A stretch of 64,000 nt of DNA. Source: Syntrophales bacterium (GTDB lineage: Bacteria > Desulfobacterota > Syntrophia > Syntrophales > UBA2210). Position numbers and translations under genes: made by a program. Below are positions 20,760 through 30,855 of this stretch, in pieces; positions within the stretch are counted from its first letter, which is position 1, and each line of letters opens with the position of its first letter. A model generated the notes under the pieces. It saw nothing but the letters and a program-made list of their open reading frames with translations. It was not told the origin of the DNA and did not search any database. The stretch lies in the NCBI GenBank assembly GCA_963666365.2, contig CAXXNF010000002.1, positions 832,001 through 896,000 on the forward strand, in the 5' to 3' direction.

Positions 20760-21680
20760 ATGAATGCCAAAAAAGGGTTAGTGCATAAAATTGAAAGGTT
20801 TTCCCACAATGACGGTCCGGGAATCAGGACGCTGGTCATCATGAAGGGGTGTCCTTTGAGATGTCGCTGGTGCTCTTCCCCCTACACACAGCTTCCTGAT
20901 CCTGAAATACTGTATGTCAGCAGCAAGTGTACAGGGTGCGGCGCCTGCATAGAGGCTTGCCCGCAAAAGGCAATATCGAGAAAAGACGATAATCCCGCTT
21001 TGGTCGCTACGGACCGAACGCTCTGCGTCGGGTGCGGCGCCTGCGTCGCTGCCTGCGTCAATCAGGCCAGGGAATTATCAGGTCTGCAGTATACCGCTGA
21101 GGAACTGTTCCGGGAAGTCGAAAAAGACGAGGCCTTCTACCGACGGAGCGGGGGCGGCGTCACTGTCGGCGGTGGAGAACCGACCATGCAGTCTGAATTC
21201 GTCGGAGAATTCCTGTTCCTCTGCCGTGAGCATTTTTTCCATAGAGCCATGGAAACCTGCGCAATGACGTCATCAGAAAAATTTGCCTCTCTGCTGGATT
21301 CACTCGACCTTGTCTATATTGATCTGAAGCATATGGATGAAGGACGCCACATCACATGGACGGGGGCGTCTAATCGTGGTATTCTCGAAAATATCCGAAG
21401 GGCGGCGCAGGGCAATCAGATAATCCTGCGTATTCCAGTGGTTCCGGGATTTAACGACTCCGAAAAGAACATTTCGGAGAGCGCACAATTTGTAAAGGAA
21501 CTGGGAAGCAATGTGGTGCGTCTGGAACTTTTGCCCTACCATCAGTTCGGCTTGCACAAATATGAAGAACTGGAGAGAAAGTACCTGCTCGACTCGGTCC
21601 AGCCGCCGTCGGAGGAACAGATGACTCGCCTGCAGGAAATAGCTCGGTCCTTCGGGATTGATGTCGAAATAGGCGGGTGA
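20760..21680 (+). CDS. glycyl-radical enzyme activating protein (radical SAM with ferredoxin insert)
   Basis: DGPGIRT, GCPLRCRWC, two CxxCxxCxxxC motifs, GGGVTVGGGEP, LLPYH. Confidence 0.95.
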   Translation: MNAKKGLVHKIERFSHNDGPGIRTLVIMKGCPLRCRWCSSPYTQLPDPEILYVSSKCTGCGACIEACPQKAISRKDDNPALVATDRTLCVGCGACVAACVNQARELSGLQYTAEELFREVEKDEAFYRRSGGGVTVGGGEPTMQSEFVGEFLFLCREHFFHRAMETCAMTSSEKFASLLDSLDLVYIDLKHMDEGRHITWTGASNRGILENIRRAAQGNQIILRIPVVPGFNDSEKNISESAQFVKELGSNVVRLELLPYHQFGLHKYEELERKYLLDSVQPPSEEQMTRLQEIARSFGIDVEIGG

Positions 21681-21730
21681 ATTCCGTCGCACCGAACTTA
21701 TGAGAGAGAACATGGAGAAGGAGAAATCCT

Positions 21731-24175
21731 ATGGAAGCCGTTTTTGAGACTGAGAGCGTTCGCCGTCCGTCGTTACCCGAGGTGTCTCATCTGCCGATTA
21801 AGGGGAGGATTGAACGGTTGCGGCAATATCACCTGAGCACGCACTACACCGCATCCATCGATCGTCTGCGGATCGAAACGAGGATCATGAAGGAAACCGA
21901 AGGCGACCCGATGGTGATGCGCCGGGCGAAGGTGTTCGCCGCCGTCTGCCGCGAGATGCCGATCGTGATCTGGCCCGACGAGCTGATTATCGGGCATGCG
22001 GGCGCCCGTCCCCTCTGCAGGGACGTGATCCCCGACGACTGCGCCGTCCTTCTCAAGGGACAGCGGCTGGCATCCCTCATGGTGGATACCATCGAATACG
22101 GATTGAACGATTTCGATCCCGCCGATCAAAAGGAACTGATTGAAGAAATCGCCCCCTACTGGCGCGGAAGCGGAAAGTGGGAAAAAACGCACACCGGCAG
22201 CAACCTCCAGGCCCTGCCGGAATATTTAAAGGAGCTCATCATCCTGGATGCGGGCGACTTTCCACCGAAGCAGTCCATGATCTACACCCCCTTTTTTATT
22301 TCAGGTGGTCATTACGGGCATAATTCCATCTCCTATCCGGAGATTCTGGAAAAGGGGTTTTCGGGCTTTCTGAAAGAGGCCGAAGCGAAGCTGGCGACAA
22401 CGGACCCGAAGGACGGCGCTTCAAGAACATTTCTGGAAGCGGCGGTCCTCGCCCTGAAGGCTGCCGTCGGTGCAGGCGCGCGATTCGCGGATAAAGCGAG
22501 GGAGTGCGCTGAAAAGGAAAAAGATTCCCTGCGCAGGTCTGAACTGGAAGCAATCGCCGGCATCTGCGCGCGCGTTCCCGCTCATCCCGCCCGGACCTTT
22601 CACGAGGCGCTGCAGTCCATTTTCCTGGCCCAGGTATATCTGAACTGGGAATCGCCGATGATCCTTTCGCAGACCGCGGGAAGAATCGACCAGTACCTGT
22701 TCCCCTACCTCGAAGCGGATCTGCATCGGGGGCATATTACGGAAGACGAGGCGCAGGAGCTGCTGGACTGCTATCTCATCAAGCTCAACCACGTCAACCG
22801 CGGCAACCATCTTGCCGCAGGGGGCTACCGGGCCAACGGCCGCGACGGCACGAATGCACTTTCCTACATGCTGATCGAAAGCATGAAGCACATCCGTTTT
22901 GCCCATCCCTTCATAAGTGTCCTTGTCCACGCCCGGACACCCCGAAAACTGCTGATCAAGGCGGCCGAGCTCTCCGCCCTGGGAACGGGACATCCCGTGT
23001 ACCTGAACGCCGATATTCTCACCCTTCTCATGCTCGCCAGGGGAACTGCCGGCGGCCCGCCGATCACCCTGGAGCTGGCCCGGACTGCCACGCCGGTCGG
23101 CTGCTACGAGCCGGTCCTCATGGGCGTCGATTCGGGATACATGTTCGGCGGCTATTTTAACCTTGCGACAGTCCTCGAACTGGTGCTTACCAACGGATAC
23201 AGCCGCCATTATCGTAAAAGGATCGGAATCGAAACGGGCGATCCCCGCTGCTTCGCCACCTTTGAAGAATTCAAAGAAGCCTTTTACGGCCAGCTTTGCT
23301 ATATGATGAAGAATTTCACAGCCGCCACCGATGTATTTGAGCGAGTGCTGGCGGACCTGCTGCCCACGCCTTTCGAGTCCTGTCTGATCAGGGACTGTAT
23401 CGAAAGGGGGAAATCCCGGGAGGACGGCGGTGCACGGTTTAATTTCCGGACGATCATCGGCGCCGGATCGAGCGACGCCGGAGATTCACTGACCGCGATC
23501 CGAAAACTCGTGTTTGAAGAGAAAAAACTGACCATGGACGCCCTGTGCAAAGCGCTGGAAACAGATTTTAAAGGGTATGAAGAGATAAGAACGATGCTCG
23601 CCGTCGCATCGAAATTCGGCAACGACGATGACTATGCCGATGAACAGGTGGCCTGGGTCAGCCACATATTCGCGCAGGAAGTCGCTAAACAGAAGAATAC
23701 ACGGGGCGGCCACGCCGTGCCGATGGGCGCTCCCCTGCAGTACTACATGTTCGGCGGCTGGGTGGTGGGCGCCCTTCCCTCGGGAAGAAAGGCCTGGGAA
23801 CCGCTGTCCGATGCCTGGTCCCCCTGCGCCGGATGCGATGTCAGCGGCCCAACGGCCATCCTGGGCAGCATGGGTAAGGTCAACCATGCAGAGCTTACGG
23901 CCGGCGTGACACTGAATCTGCGTTTCGACCCTTCGATTTTCAGGGAGCGTGACGGCATCCCCCGATTCGTCGATTTCATCAGGGCCTTTGCGGATCAGGG
24001 CATTTTCCAGGTCCAGCTCAATATAATCGATACGGACACGCTCCTGCAGGCCCAGCAGGAGCCCGATAAATACCGTGACCTTGTGGTCAAGGTAGCGGGA
24101 TACAGCGCCTATTTCACGCAGCTGATCAAACCGCTCCAGGATGGGGTGATCGCAAGGACACAGCATAAAATTTAA
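21731..24175 (+). CDS. glycyl-radical enzyme 1 (PFL superfamily, substrate unknown)
   Basis: PARTFHEALQ, GRIDQYL, Cys loop VGCYEP, KFGNDDD, Gly loop VKVAGYSAYF. Confidence 0.92.
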   Translation: MEAVFETESVRRPSLPEVSHLPIKGRIERLRQYHLSTHYTASIDRLRIETRIMKETEGDPMVMRRAKVFAAVCREMPIVIWPDELIIGHAGARPLCRDVIPDDCAVLLKGQRLASLMVDTIEYGLNDFDPADQKELIEEIAPYWRGSGKWEKTHTGSNLQALPEYLKELIILDAGDFPPKQSMIYTPFFISGGHYGHNSISYPEILEKGFSGFLKEAEAKLATTDPKDGASRTFLEAAVLALKAAVGAGARFADKARECAEKEKDSLRRSELEAIAGICARVPAHPARTFHEALQSIFLAQVYLNWESPMILSQTAGRIDQYLFPYLEADLHRGHITEDEAQELLDCYLIKLNHVNRGNHLAAGGYRANGRDGTNALSYMLIESMKHIRFAHPFISVLVHARTPRKLLIKAAELSALGTGHPVYLNADILTLLMLARGTAGGPPITLELARTATPVGCYEPVLMGVDSGYMFGGYFNLATVLELVLTNGYSRHYRKRIGIETGDPRCFATFEEFKEAFYGQLCYMMKNFTAATDVFERVLADLLPTPFESCLIRDCIERGKSREDGGARFNFRTIIGAGSSDAGDSLTAIRKLVFEEKKLTMDALCKALETDFKGYEEIRTMLAVASKFGNDDDYADEQVAWVSHIFAQEVAKQKNTRGGHAVPMGAPLQYYMFGGWVVGALPSGRKAWEPLSDAWSPCAGCDVSGPTAILGSMGKVNHAELTAGVTLNLRFDPSIFRERDGIPRFVDFIRAFADQGIFQVQLNIIDTDTLLQAQQEPDKYRDLVVKVAGYSAYFTQLIKPLQDGVIARTQHKI

Positions 24176-24193
24176 TCGAGCAAGGAGAAAAAC

Positions 24194-26704
24194 ATGACCG
24201 ATCTTCTGGACAAATTCATCACCATAAAACCGACGGCACGCATGATGCGGCTTCGGGAATACTATGTGGAGAACACGAAGCGCACCGATCCCGTATACAC
24301 GATTTACTTCGACCGGGCGATCGCCAGGGTCATGAAAGAAACCGAAGGCGAACCTATGGTCCTGCGCCGCGCAAAGGCCTTTGCCGCGGCCGTCGAGGCC
24401 TTTCCCGTCGAGATCTTCCCCGACGAGCCCTTTGTGGGCTGGATCGGTGGATCTCCCCAGGCAATGCCGGTGGGTGCGGAACAGCTCGGCGCCCGCCTGG
24501 AAATAGAACTCGACCATTACAAGTACATGAGCGATGAGGATCGGAAGATCGTCAAGGAGGAGATCATCCCCTACTGGAAGGGCGAAGGCGACTGGAAACG
24601 GCACTGGTTTTATCAGAATTATCAGACGCTCCCCCCGGAAACGCGCAATCTTCTCTATGGTGACCCCGATCCGGATCTGGAAAAAATCAATATCATCACC
24701 CGGTCGAAGCCGCCGGCAATGCCCCGTGTCGAGGTGAAAGAAGTTCCCGGCAAAACGGACGGCCTGGGGCGGGGTTTTATCAGCGACGGCATGACCCGCC
24801 ACCACATCGGCCACAGCTCCTTTGGCTACGAAAAGATCCTCAAAAAGGGCTTCCTCGGCGTCAAAAAGGATGCTGAAGACCGTCTGGCCCGTCTGGACTG
24901 GAACGATACCGAAGAACAGAGGAAGGTCCCCTTCCTCAAAGGCGTTATTATTGCAATGGATGCGGCCGCCACAATAGGGAAAAAATTCGCGGCCGGCATA
25001 CGCGCGGCGGCCCGAAAGGAAAAAGAGCCCTGGAGAAAGGCCGAGTTCAAAAAAATGGCCGCCATCTGCGACCGCGTTCCCGCCCACCCGGCCCGCACCT
25101 TCCATGAGGCCCTGCAGTCGGCCTGGTTCACCCAGATATTGAACTGGTCCGAAACGCCCATCACTTTTGCCGTCGGCCCCGGCAAGGTCGACCAGTATCT
25201 CTATCCCTATTATGAAAAGGACATGCGGGAAGGCCGCCTCACTAAGGAAGAGGCCCAGGAACTGGTGGACTGCTGGCTCATGCGCTTTACTCAGGGGGTA
25301 TCGCCCTTCATCCCCCAGGCGGGCGCCGCCTACCATACGGATGTGGGCGGATTGAAGGCGGACGGAAGCGATGCGACCAACGATCTGTCATTGATGTTTC
25401 TTGAAGGAATGATACATACACGGATGGTGGAACCCAATTTCGGCGTGCTCGTCCACAGCAAAACGCCGGAGAATTTCCTGCTCAAGGCGTGCCAGCTCTG
25501 CGTACTGGGAACGGGACATCCCATGTTTCTGAACAACGACGTCTTCGTGGAGAATTTTCTGGCCCGCGGCACCCTGGGCGGACCGCCAGTTCCGCTTGCC
25601 CTGGCCCGCACCAGCGGCGCCATCGGCTGCAACGAGCCCCATGTGGCAAATTACGATTCGGAATTCAATGTAGGCCCCTTCCTTCTTCTGCCGCAGATGC
25701 TGGAACTGGCCCTCGCTGATGGATGGAGCCGGTATCACGAAAAATACATGGGTGTGCGCACCGGCGATCCCAGGAAATTCAAGACATTTGAGGAACTGCA
25801 GGAGGCCTACCTGAAACAGCTGGCCTATTTCGCCCATCATTGCGAGATCTCCAACAAGAATTCTGAACTCACCCTGGCCCAGCGGTATCCCACGGTGTAC
25901 ACGTCTGCCCTCATCGAAGACTGCATCGAAAAGGGCCGGACACGGGAAGACGGCGGCGCCCGATTCAACTTCGGCCCCTGCATCGCCACAGCCGGGGCCA
26001 CCGATGTCGGCGACTCTCTGGCCGCGATAAAAAAGCTGGTCTTTGAAGAGAAAACGATCACCATGACCGAACTTCTCGATGCGCTGGAGAACAACTTCGA
26101 GGGGTACGAATCCCTGCGCGAGGAACTGCTGCAGGCACCCAAGTTCGGGAACGACGACGATTACGTTGACGAGATCGTGGCCTGGGTCATGAAGACCTAC
26201 TGCGACGAAGTCGTCACTCACAAGAATACCCGTGGAGGACACCTGGTTCCTTATCAGAATCCCCTGGTCTGGTATGTGAGCACCGGAAGACTGGTGGGGG
26301 CACTCGCTTCTGGGAGAAAAGCCTGGGAACCTCTTTCCGATGGAATTTCTCCGACCAGGGGCGTCGATGTCAGCGGTCCCACGGCCGTCTTCAATTCCGT
26401 CGGCAAGCTCGACAACGCCGCCATTTTCTTCGGACAGACTCTAAACATGCGGCTTAATAAGGACATGTTCGGAACCGATGTGGGCGTCCGCAGGCTTGCA
26501 CAGATGATCAGGACCTTTGTCGATCTGAAGATCCATCACTGCCAGTTCAATCTGATATCATCGGAAACTCTGCGGGAAGCGCAACGGAAGCCCGAGGAAT
26601 ATCAGGATCTCCTGGTGAGGGTTGCCGGCTACGTCGCCTATTTCACCAGGCTGGGAAAGGCCGTACAGGACAGCATCATTGCCCGGAACGAGCATGGGAT
26701 GTAA
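24194..26704 (+). CDS. glycyl-radical enzyme 2 (PFL superfamily, substrate unknown)
   Basis: PARTFHEALQ, GKVDQYL, Cys loop IGCNEP, KFGNDDD, Gly loop VRVAGYVAYF. Confidence 0.92.
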   Translation: MTDLLDKFITIKPTARMMRLREYYVENTKRTDPVYTIYFDRAIARVMKETEGEPMVLRRAKAFAAAVEAFPVEIFPDEPFVGWIGGSPQAMPVGAEQLGARLEIELDHYKYMSDEDRKIVKEEIIPYWKGEGDWKRHWFYQNYQTLPPETRNLLYGDPDPDLEKINIITRSKPPAMPRVEVKEVPGKTDGLGRGFISDGMTRHHIGHSSFGYEKILKKGFLGVKKDAEDRLARLDWNDTEEQRKVPFLKGVIIAMDAAATIGKKFAAGIRAAARKEKEPWRKAEFKKMAAICDRVPAHPARTFHEALQSAWFTQILNWSETPITFAVGPGKVDQYLYPYYEKDMREGRLTKEEAQELVDCWLMRFTQGVSPFIPQAGAAYHTDVGGLKADGSDATNDLSLMFLEGMIHTRMVEPNFGVLVHSKTPENFLLKACQLCVLGTGHPMFLNNDVFVENFLARGTLGGPPVPLALARTSGAIGCNEPHVANYDSEFNVGPFLLLPQMLELALADGWSRYHEKYMGVRTGDPRKFKTFEELQEAYLKQLAYFAHHCEISNKNSELTLAQRYPTVYTSALIEDCIEKGRTREDGGARFNFGPCIATAGATDVGDSLAAIKKLVFEEKTITMTELLDALENNFEGYESLREELLQAPKFGNDDDYVDEIVAWVMKTYCDEVVTHKNTRGGHLVPYQNPLVWYVSTGRLVGALASGRKAWEPLSDGISPTRGVDVSGPTAVFNSVGKLDNAAIFFGQTLNMRLNKDMFGTDVGVRRLAQMIRTFVDLKIHHCQFNLISSETLREAQRKPEEYQDLLVRVAGYVAYFTRLGKAVQDSIIARNEHGM

Positions 26705-26984
26705 GTGTTGTATCCGTTTTATAGCCGTTATTGTGGGCGTAAATTGCGACGTGGAGTCAAAAATTCTTGACTTGTGAGGGCCACTCGTATAGGCAGCCGT
26801 ACGGGAGAAAGTTTTATGATGGCATTCACCAGCCCGTGAAGGAATTTTATTGAGAACTCTTTTGAAAAATTGCGGATGTTTTACGAGTAACGGCACAGAA
26901 AAAAAATAGTTATTGTATTTTTTACTTGCCGGGTGAGCAGCAGACTCCTACCGCATGGCGGGTATGCTCTGCCAGGCACTCAAG

Positions 26985-27014
26985 AAAGGCAGAGCGTGCA
27001 GCTCTGCTTTTTTT
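26985..27014 (+). terminator. intrinsic terminator in the leader of the acyl-CoA ligase gene
   Basis: AAAGGCAGAGC-gtgca-GCTCTGC followed by T7. Confidence 0.75.
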
Positions 27015-27138
27015 GTATGTCGTTCTGTGAAGCGTAAACCGGGATCTTCTCCCATATGAGAATGATCCCGTTAAATTCATGAAAATCCTTTCATGTACCG
27101 TGTAAGGATTTTGCAATAAAGGAGAAAGGAAAACGTAA

Positions 27139-28797
27139 ATGGAAACAAAACCATGGCATCGACTTTACGAGCACAATGTCCCCACCACAATAAGGTACCC
27201 CAGGTACCCTGCCCAGCAGCTGCTTCACATCAGCGCAGCCATGTTCCCTCACAAGGCGGCAACGAATTTATATGGTTCAGAACTGACATTCGGCCAGCTC
27301 CGGACGCAGGTACTGCGATTGGCTAATGCACTTATCGGAATGGGCATCAAAAAAGGGGATCGCATCGGCATGGCAATGGTCAACTGCCCTCAGTTTATCG
27401 TCGCCTATTTTGCGATCCTCTCGGCCGGCGGCATTGTCGTCAATATGAATCCCATGTACACGCACGACGAGCTGAAATTCATGATGGAAAACACGGGAAT
27501 GACGGGTATTTTCACTTTCGACGGCGCACTGCCGGTGATGCGACCATTGGTCAGGGAAGTGGGTCTGAAACACGTCATCGTCACAAAAGTATCGGACTAT
27601 ATGGATGGCGCCGCCATAAGTTCGGCCAAAAAGCTGGATCTTGAAGAAGGATGGCGCCACTTTTCGGAGTTGCTGGAAGAATCTAACGATACCCGAATTC
27701 CGCGCCTTCAGTTCAGTCCCGGCGATCCGGCCTTGATCCAGTTTACCGGGGGGACCACGGGCCTGCCGAAGGGGGCGGTCCTTACTCACGGAAACATTGT
27801 TTCCGCCGCCTTTCAGGGAAGCATCTGGGGTGAATCGATCAACCAGTTCGTACCTCACGAGAAAAGACTTGCCATTGCCGCGATCCCGTTCTTCCATGTC
27901 TACGGCAACATATGTTGCATCAACTGGTCGATGTTTAACGCCGGCACCCTGATTATCCTGCCTAAGTTCGACATTGACGAAGTGCTCGGCATCATCGCCC
28001 ATACGCCGGAAATAACCTACTTCCCGGCGGTACCGACAATGGTGACGGCCGTGGTCAATCATCCCAGGGCGGAAGAGATCAGGATCGGCGAGCACATTCA
28101 CTTACTCTCAAGCGGCGGCGCACCCATGCCGATGGAACTCATCAATAAGGTGAAAGACATGGGAATCTTTTTCAGCGAGGGATGGGGGATGAGCGAAACG
28201 ACGTCCGGCGGCATCAGCAACCCCATCATGAACCCCAAGGTGGGATCGATCGGAATTCCGCAGATCGACTTTGACGTAAAACTGGTGGATGTGGACGACG
28301 GCGTTGATGAGGTCAAGCCGGGAGAACCGGGGGAAATTGTTATCAAGGGACCGTCTGTTATGAAGGAATACTGGAACAACCCCGAGGAAACGGCCGCGCA
28401 ATTAAAGGATGGATGGCTCTATACCGGCGACATCGCCCAGACCGACGAAGACGGATACCTCTATATTGTTGACCGTAAAAAAGACATGATCATCGCCGGC
28501 GGATTCAATATTTATCCCCGTGAAGTGGATGAGGTGCTCTATCAACATCCGAAAATCGCTGAAGCCGTAGCAGTGGGCGTTCCCGACGCCTATCGCGGAG
28601 AAACAATCAAGGCCTTTATCGTGCTCAAACAGGGACAGCAGGCCACGGAAAAAGAAGTAATCGCATTCTGCAAGGAGAAGCTTGCTGCGTACAAAGTGCC
28701 GAAGCTGATCGAATTCCGTGAATCCATCCCGAAGTCGAACATCGGTAAAATCCTGAGGAAGATTCTCAGAGAAGAGGAAATCGCAAAGAGCAGCTAG
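27139..28797 (+). CDS. long-chain fatty acid--CoA ligase (FadD-like)
   Basis: QFTGGTTGLPKG, EGWGMSET, GWLYTGDI, IVDRKKDMII, GFNIYPREV, PKSNIGKILR. Confidence 0.93.
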   Translation: METKPWHRLYEHNVPTTIRYPRYPAQQLLHISAAMFPHKAATNLYGSELTFGQLRTQVLRLANALIGMGIKKGDRIGMAMVNCPQFIVAYFAILSAGGIVVNMNPMYTHDELKFMMENTGMTGIFTFDGALPVMRPLVREVGLKHVIVTKVSDYMDGAAISSAKKLDLEEGWRHFSELLEESNDTRIPRLQFSPGDPALIQFTGGTTGLPKGAVLTHGNIVSAAFQGSIWGESINQFVPHEKRLAIAAIPFFHVYGNICCINWSMFNAGTLIILPKFDIDEVLGIIAHTPEITYFPAVPTMVTAVVNHPRAEEIRIGEHIHLLSSGGAPMPMELINKVKDMGIFFSEGWGMSETTSGGISNPIMNPKVGSIGIPQIDFDVKLVDVDDGVDEVKPGEPGEIVIKGPSVMKEYWNNPEETAAQLKDGWLYTGDIAQTDEDGYLYIVDRKKDMIIAGGFNIYPREVDEVLYQHPKIAEAVAVGVPDAYRGETIKAFIVLKQGQQATEKEVIAFCKEKLAAYKVPKLIEFRESIPKSNIGKILRKILREEEIAKSS

Positions 28798-28860
28798 TGC
28801 CGAGGAGAAGGACTCGCCGCCAACGAACATCTTTTCGGCATACCGGCTGTTCTTATCCCC

Positions 28861-28901
28861 AAGAGGGTCGGTTCCGCAGCAGGAACTGACCCTTTCTTTT
28901 T
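28861..28901. terminator. probable bidirectional terminator between convergent genes
   Basis: AAGAGGGTCGGTTCC-gcagca-GGAACTGACCCTTTCTTTTT. Confidence 0.75.
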
Positions 28902-28910
28902 ACAAGCCGA

Positions 28911-30140
28911 CTATCCTTCGGCAGATACCGCCACAGTATAGTGCGCCATCACCCAGCCAAACTCCCCTGACGGCAGTCTCACAAAGAGCCAGTCCGGTGC
29001 GGTTCCATGGATTTCCAGCACCATTCCTTGGGGAACCTGAAAAACTATTTCGTGATTCATTCCGGGTCCTGACCGCACATTCAGGATAGAAGGCGTCACG
29101 GTGACCTTGCTGACTGCGGGTACCGCGGCTTGTGTATCCAGTGAAGACTCTGTCTGTGCTTCATAAGGAGGATCCACTACCTTGTATCCGCCGGGGGCTT
29201 CTGCATAATAGGCGTTTCCGAAATAATAATACTGGATGCCGTTGAAACGGAATGTGACAAATCCGGCGGGCAGTTCCGCAATCACGGCGCCGACGGGAGG
29301 AGGCACAATAACATATCGGTCCTCATCGTGCCGATAGTATAATCCTCGGTAATAGTAATAGTCCAGACCATCGACGAGCAAAAAGGTGAACCCGAGAGGA
29401 AGCAGCGGCCTGATATACGAACGGGAGTAATAGCGCACGACCGGTCGAGGTCCGTGATAGCGCACTATCGGATAAGGGGCGTAACGGCCGGTGGTCGGTC
29501 GCGGAAACCGACGTTGCACTGCCGGCGGTGAAACATGACGCGGCGGAGTGTGTCGCGGCACATTGGGGCGCACACCGGCACGGGGAGACCGTTCGTCTCT
29601 GCCGGGTCGCGAAGGCCCTTGGCGCACTGCCGACGGAGGTGCATGGCGAGGCCTGTCGGGCGGCGGCGCATTGGGGCGCACCTCGGCACGGGGAGTCTGG
29701 TCGCCCCTGCCGGGCCGTGAAGGACCCTGACGCACCGCCGGTGGAGATACATGGCGAGGCGGATCGGGCCGCGGCGCATTGGGGCGCAAGTCTACACGGG
29801 GAGACTGATCTCCCCTGCCGGGCCGTGAAGGTCCCTGCTGCACCGCCGGCGGAGACACATGACGAGGCGGGTCGGGCCGCGGCACATTGGGCGTCACGTC
29901 TGCGAGGGAAGACTGGTCGCCCCTGCCGGAATGCGAAGGCCCCTGGCGCACCTCAGATCGTGAATTTGTCGTATGCATGGTGGAATGCGAAGGGTGCTGA
30001 ATGCCCATCGCTCGCGGCGACGGGTGCCTTGAAGCCGCCGAAACGGATGCAACCGGCACGAGGACACTGCACAGACACAGCACTATCGCTGCTGTTACTG
30101 AAACCATCGTTCCGCAGTCGCTGTGCTTATTTCTTTTCAT
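28911..30140 (-). CDS. exported protein: Pro/Arg-rich repeats, Tyr-rich DUF6515-like domain, C-terminal SH3b domain
   Basis: Signal peptide-like N-terminus, four 36-aa repeats, YYYYRGLYY...VVPPPVGA-type segment, LNVRSGPG...GWV. Confidence 0.75.
   Translation of the reverse strand: MKRNKHSDCGTMVSVTAAIVLCLCSVLVPVASVSAASRHPSPRAMGIQHPSHSTMHTTNSRSEVRQGPSHSGRGDQSSLADVTPNVPRPDPPRHVSPPAVQQGPSRPGRGDQSPRVDLRPNAPRPDPPRHVSPPAVRQGPSRPGRGDQTPRAEVRPNAPPPDRPRHAPPSAVRQGPSRPGRDERSPRAGVRPNVPRHTPPRHVSPPAVQRRFPRPTTGRYAPYPIVRYHGPRPVVRYYSRSYIRPLLPLGFTFLLVDGLDYYYYRGLYYRHDEDRYVIVPPPVGAVIAELPAGFVTFRFNGIQYYYFGNAYYAEAPGGYKVVDPPYEAQTESSLDTQAAVPAVSKVTVTPSILNVRSGPGMNHEIVFQVPQGMVLEIHGTAPDWLFVRLPSGEFGWVMAHYTVAVSAEG
29517..29948 (-). 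repeat. intragenic 108-bp (36-aa) tandem repeat x4
   Basis: Unit close to RQGPSRPGRGDQSPRxxxRPNxPRPDPPRHVSPPAV, residues 65-208. Confidence 0.9.
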
Positions 30141-30376
30141 TGATCAAACCCCTTTTTTCCTGTCATCAATTATACAGTCGTCTCGACGGCACAAAAGGAT
30201 ACAAAGAATTTTTATGAGCTGAGCACGCTGTTGTCGCAACATTATTGTCAACAAGGAGTCTGATGAGTGGAAAGCGTTTCCCCGGCACAAAAGCCCGGCA
30301 TAAAACAGTTGACGACACCTAACGACGCGTATATCTTAAGGACCGGGACTGCCAATAACAAGCTGAAAGGAACTGA

Positions 30377-30742
30377 ATGATGCCCTTCATTATGCCGACG
30401 CAGGAACAATTTAAGAAACTCATGTCCCAATCGTATACAGGTCCTATCGTGATGGTAAACCTGTTAAAGTTCAAACCGAACGGTGGCGCTGAATCATATC
30501 GAAAATATATAGAAATAACCAGCGCTCTTATGTTGGGAAAGAAGATTACGCGCATCGTATATCGAGGCGACGGGCTTATGCCGGTAATTGGCGATGAAGA
30601 ATGGGACTCCATTGCCCTTTACGAATATCCCTCCATCAACGCATTTATCGAAATGAACAAAGACAAAGACTATCAGAACGCCGTCCGCTACCGCACGGAG
30701 GGCCTGGAAGATTCCCGGCTCTATTGCACCATTCCGGAATGA
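30377..30742 (+). CDS. DUF1330-like protein
   Basis: PIVMVNLLKFK, WDSIALYEYPS, RTEGLEDSRL. Confidence 0.8.
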   Translation: MMPFIMPTQEQFKKLMSQSYTGPIVMVNLLKFKPNGGAESYRKYIEITSALMLGKKITRIVYRGDGLMPVIGDEEWDSIALYEYPSINAFIEMNKDKDYQNAVRYRTEGLEDSRLYCTIPE

Positions 30743-30774
30743 TGACGTAACAGGAAAAATTCACAGACCAGAAA

Positions 30775-30806
30775 TTATGGGGATTTACTCGTTTAATTCC
30801 CCATAA
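30775..30806. other. inverted repeat between the two DUF1330-like genes (hairpin or operator)
   Basis: TTATGGGGA...TCCCCATAA. Confidence 0.45.
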
Positions 30807-30855
30807 AAATCCGTTCCACCGGATAGAGAACTATTGCCATATAAAAGGAAGCCAC

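Noticed and set aside
23486..25336. 616-aa minus-strand ORF, and many other long antisense ORFs in the track
   Set aside because: It lies opposite the two well-supported GRE genes and has no recognisable motifs; this is a typical shadow ORF of GC-rich coding DNA.
21731..26704. Pyruvate formate-lyase or benzylsuccinate synthase call for the GREs
   Set aside because: No Cys-Cys pair and no small accessory subunit genes.
26815..26860. Fluoride riboswitch-like GATGGCATTCACC
   Set aside because: The 5' GG pairing strand and the downstream pseudoknot partner are missing, and no fluoride-related gene follows.
26925..26984. SRP RNA, suggested by an AGCA/CAGG internal loop
   Set aside because: The two motifs are in the reverse order to SRP helix 8 and there is no GGAA tetraloop.
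29517..29948. CRISPR array
   Set aside because: The 108-bp units are contiguous, in frame, lack unique spacers, and no cas genes are present.
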